From Trueperaceae bacterium (GTDB taxonomy: Bacteria > Deinococcota > Deinococci > Deinococcales > Trueperaceae), in NCBI GenBank assembly GCA_965213705.1, contig OZ243913.1, positions 1,984,001-2,048,000 of the forward strand: DNA of 64,000 nt, written 5' to 3'. Under the pieces are notes generated by a model. The model did not search any database. It saw nothing but the letters and a program-made list of their open reading frames with translations, and was not told the DNA's origin. The stretch's first letter is position 1. Every line of letters starts with the position of its first letter. Below, one piece after another: positions 8,899 through 17,769 of this stretch. The position numbers and the translations under genes were made by a program.

Positions 8899-9987
8899 TT
8901 ACGAAACCGTTACCGGAACGTTAGCAAGCTCAAGGCTCAAAAAAGCGTCGACCACCTGGGGGTCGAACTGCGCGCCACGCTGAACGAACAGTTCTCGTCT
9001 GGCCGCAGCGGGGGTCCAGCCCGCCTTGTAGGGCCGTTCTGAAACGAGCGCGTCGTAAACGTCGGTCACAGCAAAAATCCGGGCGAGCAAAGGTATGTCT
9101 GCGCCGCGCAGACCGTCGGGATAACCGCGGCCGTCAAAGCGTTCGTGGTGGTGACGCACGATTTGACGCACCGGCGTGGGCAAAAAGCCCACCCGTTGCA
9201 GCATCGCCTCGCCGCGGGTGACGTGGGTCTGAACGAGCGCGTACTCCTGCGCGGTGAGACGGCCCGCCTTGAGCAGGACGGGGTCGGGAATCGCCATCTT
9301 ACCGATGTCGTGGAGGTAAGCGCCCCAACGAAGGTGCACGAGCGCCCCTTCGGCCAAACCCAGAGCTTGGGCGAGCGCCAGAGACGAGTCGGCAACCCGG
9401 TCGGTGTGGCCTTTGGTTTCGTAGTCGCGGTATTCCAAACTCAGACCTATCATCCAGAGCGCTTCTTCGTGGCTCTGGGTGACCCTGCCGAGGGCGTTGG
9501 CGAGGTCGCGCGTGCGCGTTTCGACGGCGCTTTCCAACTCACGGTTGCGCGCTTGCAGGGCCAGGTTCAAAAAGCGGGTTTGCAGCAGGTTTTTAACCTT
9601 TAACAGCAGGTCCAACTTTTGAAAAGGTTTTGCCAAAAAATCGTTTGCTCCGGCCTGCAGCGCCTCAAAACGCACGGCGTCGTTCGCGAGCGAAGTCAGC
9701 ATCAAAACGGGCAAGTAGTCCAGGGGCGCGTGCTCGGTCCGCACGGCGGTCAAGACTTCCAAACCGCTCATAAAAGGCATGGTGATGTCGAGCAAAACGA
9801 GGTCGGGCTGGAACGCGGCGACGTGTCCGAGGGCCTGAGAAGCGTCGTCAACGCACAGAATATGCCGGTAACCCGCTTCTTTAAGCACATGTCTCAGCAA
9901 AACGAGCACGCTTTCCTGGTCGTCTACCAAGAGCAGACGCGCTTTTGACAGGTCCGGGGACGCGCTGTTTACCGAGACCTCATCCAT
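8899..9987 (-). CDS. Response regulator with HD-GYP cyclic-di-GMP phosphodiesterase domain (RpfG-like)
   Basis: Receiver motifs LLLVDD, LLDITMP, KP; HDIGK, HHHERFDGRGYPDGL, DVYDAL..RPYK. Confidence 0.92.
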   Translation of the reverse strand: MDEVSVNSASPDLSKARLLLVDDQESVLVLLRHVLKEAGYRHILCVDDASQALGHVAAFQPDLVLLDITMPFMSGLEVLTAVRTEHAPLDYLPVLMLTSLANDAVRFEALQAGANDFLAKPFQKLDLLLKVKNLLQTRFLNLALQARNRELESAVETRTRDLANALGRVTQSHEEALWMIGLSLEYRDYETKGHTDRVADSSLALAQALGLAEGALVHLRWGAYLHDIGKMAIPDPVLLKAGRLTAQEYALVQTHVTRGEAMLQRVGFLPTPVRQIVRHHHERFDGRGYPDGLRGADIPLLARIFAVTDVYDALVSERPYKAGWTPAAARRELFVQRGAQFDPQVVDAFLSLELANVPVTVS

Positions 9988-10177
9988 ACGAACATCCTTT
10001 TGGCGGCCCCCGCAAACAGGGAACGTGAACGGTTCTGGGCGCAAGCTGCAATAGGAGACGGAACCCTGCAGCGTGCTGATTCCATCTCCTATTGAGTTGA
10101 CTTTTAAAGTGGGTCTTGCAGTTCAGTCTTGTAGTCCACAAGTCTCACTTCGACGCCGTTTATTACAAGCGACCCCA

Positions 10178-10220
10178 GTTAGCAACGGGTTAGCAACCCC
10201 TGTTAACAGACTGCTAACCC
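10178..10220. promoter_or_regulatory. Array of four TG(C/T)TAAC heptamers in two divergent pairs, each with 11-bp period
   Basis: GTTAGCA at 10178 and 10189 (TGCTAAC on the minus strand); TGTTAAC at 10201 and TGCTAAC at 10212 on the plus strand. Confidence 0.65.
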
Positions 10221-10294
10221 AAGCTACGTAAAGTACGTGACAAGTGAGGTATCACACAGGTGGGGCAACTTCAAAAGGGATTGGGGAGATGGAT

Positions 10295-10420
10295 ATGAAA
10301 AAGGTAATGTTGACCGTGGTCGTTTTGGGTACGCTTCTCGGTGCGGGTTTGGGCTTTGCTCGGAACGCAAGCGATAACTTTCCAGGGCTGAACATCACGA
10401 CCGTCGACACTCGCTCTTAA
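10295..10420 (+). CDS. Unannotated 41-aa secreted propeptide (putative signalling peptide)
   Basis: Manual translation MKKVMLTVVVLGTLLGAGLGFA-RNASDNFPGLNITTVDTRS*; SD GGGGAG 6 nt upstream; n/h/c signal-peptide regions; below the ORF-track cutoff. Confidence 0.8.
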   Translation: MKKVMLTVVVLGTLLGAGLGFARNASDNFPGLNITTVDTRS

Positions 10421-10445
10421 AAAGCTTTGCGGCTCACTTACAAAC

Positions 10446-12905
10446 TCAACTGTTCAACCAGCTCTTGCGGACTTGCTCCGCTCGAGCTTTTATTATGGGA
10501 AAACGCGGGTCGCTGGTGTGAAGGGCCGCTTCGGCCGCTTCCCACAGTTCCAAGTCGGCAGGCATCTTTTCCGCCAGTGCCAGCAACGCTTCGGCGTCGT
10601 TCGACAAAAGCGTGGCTTGGCGCAACGCCTCCTCGGCCGCTTCGCGCGCCTCGACGATGCCGGGCGCTTCGGAGTCGGGCAGCAACGGGCCCCGGTACAG
10701 GTCCACGGCGCGCCGCACCCGTCCTTCGACCAACAGGTCGTGCAGGCTGAGAAAGTCCGCCTGGTAGCCCGTTTCCAGCCGGTAGGGTTGGTGGGACACC
10801 GGTACGTGTTTGCGCAGTTGCGACAGGGCCACCTTGACCGCGCCGCGACTGCCTTCGTCACCGTACAGCAGCAGCAAAATTTGTTCCAACGACAAACCCT
10901 GCTTGTTGAGGGCCAACAGCGCGAGGATGTCGCAGGCTTGGGGTGCCAGCTTGAGCAGTTTGTCGTTGAACCAGGCGTCGCGGCTGCCCAGAAAACGCAG
11001 TTCCAGGGGGAATTCGTGCCCGTTGAGCAGCGTCCATACCTCACGAAAATCACGCTCGGGACCTGACAACAGGGTAAGACCCGTCTGGGACAACTCCGAC
11101 AACCCTTGTTCGCCCTCCTTAAGAGCCAGCCTCGCCGCGTCGGTGTCACCTGTTTGCAAGTAGGCCCAAGCCAGGTACAAGGCTTTTTGGGTAACCAAGT
11201 GAACCGGCGGCGTGTAACTTTCGTCCTTGGGGGTAAGGGCGAGCTGGCGTCGGCCCGACTCGGGGTCGCTCATCGCCAGGGCCATACCGTAAGCGAGGTG
11301 GGCCGTATAACTGAAGTTTGCGGACTCGCCCGCCGTGAGCACTTTTGCTTGGGTCGCCAAGTTCAGCGCGGCGTCGTGTTCGCCGAGGTGAAGCAGGGCT
11401 TGGGTTACGCCCAAAACATTTTCACCCGACATGACGCGGGACGCCGCCGCCCAATTTTTTCGGTAGTACACGAGCGCTTTTTCGGCCTCGCCGGTCGCGA
11501 GTAGATAGTCCCCCAGAGTTTCCCGGTAGAGCTGGGCCAAGGCGGGAAAAGCCTCGGCGAGTTGGGTTTCGCCCTCGCGTAAGCGCTCCAACAGACCGGC
11601 CGTTTCACCTATCAAAATGCGCGCGAAGGCCCAGTTGTTGACTAAGAGCAACCGTCTTTGGGCGTTGCCCAGACCGTGCCGGTCAAACTGGGTTAGGGTC
11701 CAGTCGCCCCAGTAGACCGCCTCGTTGTAACGACCGATGTCGATGAGTTGGTTCATGAGTTCACCAGCGTTGCGCGTGACTTCGTAAGCCCGCCCTTTGT
11801 GCTCGGCGAGGCGGACGGCCCGCTGCAACACTTGTACGCGTTCCTCTCTATCTGAGAGCCTGCGTCCGTACTGGTAAACGCTCAAAGGAGAGGCTTGCGC
11901 CCGGTACGCCCGCTCGGCCTCGTTTTCCGCCGTTTCGATAGGCGCGAGCACGCCCGCGTAGAGTGCGCGCAGGTCGGGGGCTTCGCGGACAGCCAAAAAG
12001 CGTTCGACGCTTTCACGTATGTGTTCGGCCTTGCCCAGCCAACCCCCGGCCGACAGTTGCCAGAACAACACGGTTTCGTCTTGCAGGTGTTCGGGTAGGT
12101 CTTGTAAAAGCTCCCACAGGCGTTTGTGCAACCCGCGCTCGTGGTACAGGTGGCCCGCTTGCTTGAGAATGTCCGGCACCCGCTCCGGCAGCGCGGTCAC
12201 TGCGAGCTCGAGCGCTTCGGTCCACTTGTCCCTGGCGCTGAGGACTTTGAGCAGCGTTTCCGGGTCGACCTCGACCGCCTGACCCTCGGGCAACCTGGGG
12301 CCGTCGGGTCCGGGGCGCAGTGGGGTAGGCAGGTGCAAGCGACCGTGCAACCGGGTGGTGAAAGCCTCGAAAGCCCCGTCGCTTTTGTGCAGCAACTCGT
12401 CGACTTCTCCGGGCAATAAGTCGCCCGCCAGTTCAAAAGCTTCTGCGCGGCTGAGCCGCAACTCGGCCGCGCGGAGTACGAGCGCCGTGGCGGGCAAGTC
12501 GAGGTCGTCGGGCAACCGTGAAAAAGCGAGCACCACGCGGCTGCCGCTACGGTTGAGGGCCGTCAGAGCGGTCGCGAACTCGGCACCGTACTCGGCGTTC
12601 GAGAGTAAAAAAGTAAAAGGCCCCAACAGTTCCAAGTGCAGGTCCAAAACTTTGAGCCCGTAGCTGTATGGTAAGGAATACTCGAAGAGCGCGTTTCCCA
12701 AAGTCTTTTTGATACCCTCGGCGAGCAGGTTGCCCTGCGCGACCGGGTCTTCTTGTTCACTTGTACCGAACTCGAGCCAAACAGGTGTCGCCGCGGCGTC
12801 TTTCAAGGCGCTGATGATGTGTTGCGTCCCGAACGACGCCGCGCCCGCCAAAACGACGGGTCCGAGATGAGCGCCGATAAGTTTTAAACGGTTGGACAGC
12901 CACAT
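10446..12905 (-). CDS. Large TPR-repeat transcriptional regulator with C-terminal OmpR-type wHTH/BTAD (SARP-like) region
   Basis: Helical TPR-like repeats; C-terminal LELRFLG...ILALLAL..GLSLEQI..LLYGD..AVKVALSQLRK..PYRL..AVDLYRGPLLP; start reset to ATG 12905 after GAGG. Confidence 0.8.
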   Translation of the reverse strand: MWLSNRLKLIGAHLGPVVLAGAASFGTQHIISALKDAAATPVWLEFGTSEQEDPVAQGNLLAEGIKKTLGNALFEYSLPYSYGLKVLDLHLELLGPFTFLLSNAEYGAEFATALTALNRSGSRVVLAFSRLPDDLDLPATALVLRAAELRLSRAEAFELAGDLLPGEVDELLHKSDGAFEAFTTRLHGRLHLPTPLRPGPDGPRLPEGQAVEVDPETLLKVLSARDKWTEALELAVTALPERVPDILKQAGHLYHERGLHKRLWELLQDLPEHLQDETVLFWQLSAGGWLGKAEHIRESVERFLAVREAPDLRALYAGVLAPIETAENEAERAYRAQASPLSVYQYGRRLSDREERVQVLQRAVRLAEHKGRAYEVTRNAGELMNQLIDIGRYNEAVYWGDWTLTQFDRHGLGNAQRRLLLVNNWAFARILIGETAGLLERLREGETQLAEAFPALAQLYRETLGDYLLATGEAEKALVYYRKNWAAASRVMSGENVLGVTQALLHLGEHDAALNLATQAKVLTAGESANFSYTAHLAYGMALAMSDPESGRRQLALTPKDESYTPPVHLVTQKALYLAWAYLQTGDTDAARLALKEGEQGLSELSQTGLTLLSGPERDFREVWTLLNGHEFPLELRFLGSRDAWFNDKLLKLAPQACDILALLALNKQGLSLEQILLLLYGDEGSRGAVKVALSQLRKHVPVSHQPYRLETGYQADFLSLHDLLVEGRVRRAVDLYRGPLLPDSEAPGIVEAREAAEEALRQATLLSNDAEALLALAEKMPADLELWEAAEAALHTSDPRFPIIKARAEQVRKSWLNS

Positions 12906-13115
12906 GCTGGACCTCGTTCGGTGCGAAACCGCCTGCGTAGAGCCGCCTGCGTAAAGCGGCTTGCGTAAAACCACTTGCATAGACCGTCAGTGTGAAGCCG
13001 CCGGGGCGAAACCGTCCACTGTAAAACCTGCTCGAGCAAAACCTGGTTGAGCAAACGTACTGTTGCGGCAGTGACGGACCCTCAGCTTAGCACTTTGCAA
13101 AAGCCGGTTTCGGGC

Positions 13116-13538
13116 TCAACCGAGCCGGTCCGCACGGACCAAGCCACTTACCAACCACACGGGCGGCGCGGCCGCTTGCGGCTCTTCGACGAGGCTGAAC
13201 AAATAAGGTGTTGCGGCGCCGTTTTTCTCGACCACAACGGTCTGCCGCGCCGCCCGCCCGCGGCGCTCAAGAGGCTCGGCGCGCGACCGGGCGTGCCCCA
13301 GCAGCGGCGCATAAAGCTCGTTGTGCAAAACGCGTTTGAGGGTGGCTAAGTCCCCGACCTGGCCGCGCAACTTGGCTGCGGCGAACCTGTACAGGGTCTC
13401 GACGCCCGCGTCTGCACGGGGCGAGTCGTTGTGCCGCAACGCCGTCAAGAGCAGTGCAACAACGCCTTCAGGCCCCAGGTCGGGACGAGGCAGGTCAAGG
13501 TGGGGCGTTACGGGTTCTTGACCGTCGTCACGGTTCAC
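13116..13538 (-). CDS. Hypothetical protein (DUF4864-like, NTF2-like)
   Basis: P.PDL.PE.VV..LL.AL..ND.P..DAG...YRFA..Y.PLL.H..WLV pattern. Confidence 0.65.
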   Translation of the reverse strand: MNRDDGQEPVTPHLDLPRPDLGPEGVVALLLTALRHNDSPRADAGVETLYRFAAAKLRGQVGDLATLKRVLHNELYAPLLGHARSRAEPLERRGRAARQTVVVEKNGAATPYLFSLVEEPQAAAPPVWLVSGLVRADRLG

Positions 13539-13547
13539 AGGCTCGGG

Positions 13548-14984
13548 TCAGCGCGGCAAACCCAAAGAGACGTACTTCGTTTCCAAGTACTCGTCGATGC
13601 CCCAGTGCCCGCCCTCGCGGCCCAAACCCGACTGTTTGACGCCGCCGAAGGGCACGTACGGCGTCGAGGGTACACCGTCGTTCACCCCGATGATGCCGTA
13701 GTCCAACGCCTCGGCCACCCGAAAAGCGCGGCTCAGGTCGTTGGTGTAAAAGTAGGCCGCCAGACCGTAGGGCGTGTCGTTGGCGAGTCTTACCGCTTCT
13801 TCCTCGGTGTCGAACGAAATGACCGGCGCGACCGGCCCAAAGGTCTCCTCGCTCATGAGGAGCATGTCGCTCGTGACGCCGGTCAGGACGGTCGGCTCGA
13901 AGTAAAAGCCGTCCAGCGCGTGGCCGCCGGTCACCAGTTCGGCTCCCTTTTGCAGGGCGTCTGCGACGTGGGTCTTGACTTTCTCGAGACCTTGCGCATC
14001 AACCAGCGGCCCGATGTCGGTGCTCGCGTCCAGCGGGTCGCCGACGGTGAGCTGCCGCGCGGCGGCGGCGTAACGTTCGGTAAAGGCGTCCAGCACCGAC
14101 GCTTGAACGTAAATTCGGTTGGTACACACGCACGTTTGGCCGGCGTTGCGGTACTTGCAGGCCATCGCCTCGGTGACGGCGCGCTCTATGTCGGCGTCCT
14201 CGAACACGATGAAAGGCGCGTGCCCGCCGAGTTCCAGCGAAATCTTCTTGACCGTGTCGGCCGCCTTTTTGTACAAAATCTTGCCGACCTCGGTCGAGCC
14301 GGTAAAGGTGATTTTGCGTATGCGCGGGTCGGCGAGCAGCGTGTCGGACAGTTCGACCGGGTCCCGGCAGGGCAAAACTTGCAGCGTTCCGGCGGGGCCG
14401 CCCGCCTCTTCCCACAGCGCCGCCAGGTGCAGCGCGCTCAGCGGCGTCTGTTCGGCCGGTTTGAGAATAAAGGTGCAACCCGCCGCCAGCGCGGGCGCGG
14501 CCTTACGCGTCACCATCGCCGCCGGAAAGTTCCAGGGTGTCACGGCGAATACCGGGCCGACCGGCTGTTTGAGGGCGAGCAGGCGTTTGTCCGCGACGTG
14601 GCTCGGCATCGTCTCGCCGTAGACGCGTTTGGCTTCTTCGGCGTACCACTTGACGAACCCCGCGGCGTAGGCGATTTCGCCGCGCGACTCTTTGATGGGT
14701 TTGCCCATCTCCTCGGTCATGGTGCGGGCGAGGTCGTCCTGGTTCGCCAGGATGAGGTCATGCCAGCGCATGAGTATTTCGCTGCGCTCGAAGGCGGTGG
14801 TCGCTTTCCAGGTCTCAAACGCACCCGTGGCCGTTTCGGCGGCCTGCGCAGCCTCGTTCGCGCCGCAGTCGGCGACTTCGGCGACGGTTTCGCCCGTGGC
14901 GGGGTTGGTGACCTTGAAGGTCCGCTTTGCCTCGTGCCAGGTGTCGGTGAGGTAGCGGGGTCGGGATGAATCTAAAATAGCCAT
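13548..14984 (-). CDS. gabD: NAD(P)-dependent succinate-semialdehyde dehydrogenase
   Basis: TPWNFP, FTGSTEVG, LELGGHAPF, RNAGQTCVC, EETFGP, PFGGVKQSGLGREG; TACACT 5 nt before ATG 14984. Confidence 0.9.
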   Translation of the reverse strand: MAILDSSRPRYLTDTWHEAKRTFKVTNPATGETVAEVADCGANEAAQAAETATGAFETWKATTAFERSEILMRWHDLILANQDDLARTMTEEMGKPIKESRGEIAYAAGFVKWYAEEAKRVYGETMPSHVADKRLLALKQPVGPVFAVTPWNFPAAMVTRKAAPALAAGCTFILKPAEQTPLSALHLAALWEEAGGPAGTLQVLPCRDPVELSDTLLADPRIRKITFTGSTEVGKILYKKAADTVKKISLELGGHAPFIVFEDADIERAVTEAMACKYRNAGQTCVCTNRIYVQASVLDAFTERYAAAARQLTVGDPLDASTDIGPLVDAQGLEKVKTHVADALQKGAELVTGGHALDGFYFEPTVLTGVTSDMLLMSEETFGPVAPVISFDTEEEAVRLANDTPYGLAAYFYTNDLSRAFRVAEALDYGIIGVNDGVPSTPYVPFGGVKQSGLGREGGHWGIDEYLETKYVSLGLPR

Positions 14985-15245
14985 AGTCAAGTGTAGCAAG
15001 GCGGGGTATTAGAAAGGCAACCCGCGCTTCATGACCCTGCTTTGACCCGTTTGGGTGTCAGCGCTCGAGCACAGACATTGACCTGAAGGGTGCCAGCGTT
15101 CGAGGTCTGCAACGTGGGTCTCGAGCCCCCGGCTTTTTGAAGATTAATCTTTTTGAGGTCGGTCGAGATGGCGGCTCGAGTGGGCTCCCACTTGTCGACA
15201 GGGGTCCGTGTAACTCAAAACAGGAAGCTCCTGTCGTCCAAGCTT

Positions 15246-15257
15246 TACCGGTTGGTA
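15246..15257. promoter_or_regulatory. Putative TetR operator TACC-N4-GGTA
   Basis: Palindrome upstream of tetR; matching site TACT-N4-AGTA at 15892-15903 upstream of the SDR gene. Confidence 0.55.
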
Positions 15258-15292
15258 CAAAATGTGCTAGGCTGCTCGCAGAAGGGAGAAAG

Positions 15293-15865
15293 ATGCCTCG
15301 CCCGTTGGCTTTTAATCCGCAGGACGCGCTCGAGCGTGCCACCGAAGTTTTTTGGCGGCAGGGCTTCGAGGCGACGAGTCTCGACGACCTCACCCTGGCG
15401 ATGGGCATCAACCGGCCGAGCCTCTACAACACCTTTGGCGACAAACGCAGCCTGTACCTGCAGAGTTTGAAACACTACCGCGCACGCCACGGCGCGGCAA
15501 TGGTGCGGGAACTTGGCGGGGCCGACAGTGTGCGCACCGGCCTAAGGCGGGTTTTCGAAGCGACGGCGCACGCCGAGCGCGCCTGTTGGGGCTGCCTGGT
15601 GGTGAACGCGGCGACCGAACTGGCCTCTGAGCGGGAAGAGGTTCGGGACTTCGTCAACCGCGCCGCCATAGAGAACGAGCGCGCCTTTGCCGCGAGCATC
15701 CGTTTGGGTCAAGCAAGGGGCGAGATTTCCGTGGACAAAAACCCCGAAGCCGTGGCAAAGCTGCTTTACAACGGCATGATAGCCGTTAGGGTACGCGCTC
15801 GAGGGGGCGCGACTAGGAAGGAGTTGCTGGAGAACGTCAACCTGACTTTGTCGCTACTCGACTAA
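15293..15865 (+). CDS. TetR/AcrR family regulator (NemR/ComR-like)
   Basis: MPRP..F...ALERATEVFWRQGFEATSLDDL..AMGINRPSLYNTFGDK; GCLVVN motif. Confidence 0.92.
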   Translation: MPRPLAFNPQDALERATEVFWRQGFEATSLDDLTLAMGINRPSLYNTFGDKRSLYLQSLKHYRARHGAAMVRELGGADSVRTGLRRVFEATAHAERACWGCLVVNAATELASEREEVRDFVNRAAIENERAFAASIRLGQARGEISVDKNPEAVAKLLYNGMIAVRVRARGGATRKELLENVNLTLSLLD

Positions 15866-15891
15866 CCACTCAAAAATTTTTAACCTTTTTA

Positions 15892-15903
15892 TACTATATA
15901 GTA
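15892..15903. promoter_or_regulatory. Putative TetR operator overlapping a TATACT -10 box
   Basis: TACTATATAGTA palindrome. Confidence 0.55.
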
Positions 15904-15944
15904 CAGAATCGGCCTCTCCAAAACCAGGCCAGTGAGGAAACAGC

Positions 15945-16694
15945 ATGAGCGATTTGACAGGAAAAGTAGCCGTCATCACCGGGGGCAACAGCGGTATCGG
16001 GCTCGCCACCGCGCAGGAGCTGAAAAACCGAGGTGCAATGGTCGCCATCACCGGGCGCAGCGCCGAGTCCTTACGGGCGGCGGTAAGCCAGCTGGGCGGC
16101 GACACCCTCAGTTTTCAAGGCGACGTAACCGACCACGACCACCTGGAAAAAGTGTTTACCGAGGTCGCGGCCAAGCTCGGCAAGATAGACATTTTGTTCG
16201 TCAACGCGGGCGTCGCTAAGTTTGCGCCGCTCGAGGGGGTCACCGCCGACTTTTTCGACGAAATCATGGACATCAACTTCAGGGGCGCGTTTTTCAGCGT
16301 CCAGCAAGCGCTGCCCTGCTTGAACGACGGCGCGTCCATCGTTTTGAACACTTCTATCAATGCGCACATCGGGATGCCCAATTCCTCGGTTTACGCGGCG
16401 TCCAAGGCGGCGCTTATCAGCCTGGTCAGGACGCTCTCCGCCGAGCTCGTCGGCCGGGGTATCCGCGTCAACGCGGTGTCGCCGGGACCGGTGACCACAC
16501 CTATCTACGGGCGGTTGGGAATGCCGGAAGCCGACCTGCAAGCGTTCGCCGCGGGCGTGGCCGGGCAAATCCCGCTGGGGCGCTTCGGCAGGCCCGAAGA
16601 AATCGCCAAGACCGTCGCCTTCCTCGCTTCGCCGGACTCGTCATTTATCGTCGGCAGCGAAATCATCGCCGACGGTGGCATGAGCCAACTTTAG
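15945..16694 (+). CDS. Short-chain dehydrogenase/reductase
   Basis: TGGNSGIG, VNAG, YAASK, VNAVSPGP. Confidence 0.95.
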   Translation: MSDLTGKVAVITGGNSGIGLATAQELKNRGAMVAITGRSAESLRAAVSQLGGDTLSFQGDVTDHDHLEKVFTEVAAKLGKIDILFVNAGVAKFAPLEGVTADFFDEIMDINFRGAFFSVQQALPCLNDGASIVLNTSINAHIGMPNSSVYAASKAALISLVRTLSAELVGRGIRVNAVSPGPVTTPIYGRLGMPEADLQAFAAGVAGQIPLGRFGRPEEIAKTVAFLASPDSSFIVGSEIIADGGMSQL

Positions 16695-16975
16695 TGCTGG
16701 ACCTGAACCCTCAGCCTGTACAAGCCGCCCCTCACAAAAAGTGGGGCGGCTTCGTCCCCAAGCGTTTTGAAATCGTCGTGTTCTCGTTCTTTTTATCGCT
16801 GTTCATGTCGCTCTTGGTGTCAGGCATTTCGACTGCGCGGACCCTGGGGCTGACGGACCTCTTCCTCGCGGCTTGGCCCGGCACTTTTTTGTCCTCTTGG
16901 CTGGTCGCTTTTCCGGCCGTGCTGGTCGTCGCCCCATTAGTGCGCAGGTTGGTGGCCCGGCTCGTCAAAGCGTAG
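16694..16975 (+). CDS. DUF2798 family membrane protein
   Basis: FMSLLVSGIST...W...FLSSWLVAFP.VLVVAPLVRRLV. Confidence 0.75.
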   Translation: MLDLNPQPVQAAPHKKWGGFVPKRFEIVVFSFFLSLFMSLLVSGISTARTLGLTDLFLAAWPGTFLSSWLVAFPAVLVVAPLVRRLVARLVKA

Positions 16976-17042
16976 GGGCCTCTCCCAAAGCTTTGAATGT
17001 GGCCCCTACGCCGTTGACCCTACCGAGCTGACCCTACCGAGC
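16971..17042. repeat. GTAG-type REP-like inverted pair plus a 14-bp tandem duplication
   Basis: CGTAGGGGCC (16971) pairs with GGCCCCTACG (17001); TGACCCTACCGAGC twice at 17015-17042. Confidence 0.5.
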
Positions 17043-17056
17043 GCTCGAGGCCAACC

Positions 17057-17758
17057 CTATACTCCCCGTAAAACACCTCGAGCCTCCCCCTGACAAACGT
17101 GCAGCACGCTGTGTGCGGTCTCGAGCCGCAAACACCCCCGCTCGTCCAGCCCCCGCGCCACGCCGCGTTTCAGTTCGCCCTTAAAAACAACCTCGACCTC
17201 GCAGTCTTTCAGCACGTCGAAAGGTTCGAACAAGCCGGGCAAGTCGTGGGGTTCGCTCAGCAGCTCGAGCCCCCGCTGCACGCCCGCCAACACGAACCCG
17301 CTCACGCCTTGTACGTCCAGGCCGTGCAGACTCGTCGCGCCCACGGGCGCTTCGTTGTTCACGTTCACCCCGACGCCGACGAGCAGGTGGTTTGACACGT
17401 ACTCGCAGAGGATTCCGGCGACCTTTTTGCCGCAGTAGTAAAGGTCGTTTGGCCACTTGACCCTTGTTTGAATGCCGTACTCGGGCAGGGTTTGGGCGAG
17501 GCCGATGCCGACCATGACGGCGGCGTAGGGTTTGTTGAGGACGGGTGGCGTGAGGTCTTTGACGGCGAGCGTCTGGTAGCTGCCGCCGAGTCCGGCCGAC
17601 CAGTCGCGCCGCCGCTGCCCGCGCGCGCCGCTTTGTTCCAGGGCGCGGACCACGAGGCCGTGGACGTTTTCACCTTCGACCAACCGTTCACGCACGGCGT
17701 CTTGGGTAGACGCCAAAACGTCGAAGGTTTCGATTCTAAAGGGAATGGCGAGGGGCAT
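17057..17758 (-). CDS. birA: Biotin--[acetyl-CoA-carboxylase] ligase, without HTH
   Basis: STQD, Q..ARGQRRRDW, KWPND, KKVAGILCE, GVGVNV. Confidence 0.9.
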   Translation of the reverse strand: MPLAIPFRIETFDVLASTQDAVRERLVEGENVHGLVVRALEQSGARGQRRRDWSAGLGGSYQTLAVKDLTPPVLNKPYAAVMVGIGLAQTLPEYGIQTRVKWPNDLYYCGKKVAGILCEYVSNHLLVGVGVNVNNEAPVGATSLHGLDVQGVSGFVLAGVQRGLELLSEPHDLPGLFEPFDVLKDCEVEVVFKGELKRGVARGLDERGCLRLETAHSVLHVCQGEARGVLRGV

Positions 17759-17769
17759 TTCGGTCGAGA

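Noticed and set aside
10295..10420. RiPP precursor or type I toxin interpretation of the small ORF
   Set aside because: No modifying enzymes or dedicated exporter adjacent; it has a cleavable-looking Sec signal with a polar tail rather than a double-Gly leader or a lone TM helix.
13431..14969. 512-aa plus-strand ORF and many similar long antisense or overlapping ORFs (e.g. 40605-41819, 34939-35793, 58388-59212)
   Set aside because: Shadow frames of well-supported genes in GC-rich DNA; no family motifs.
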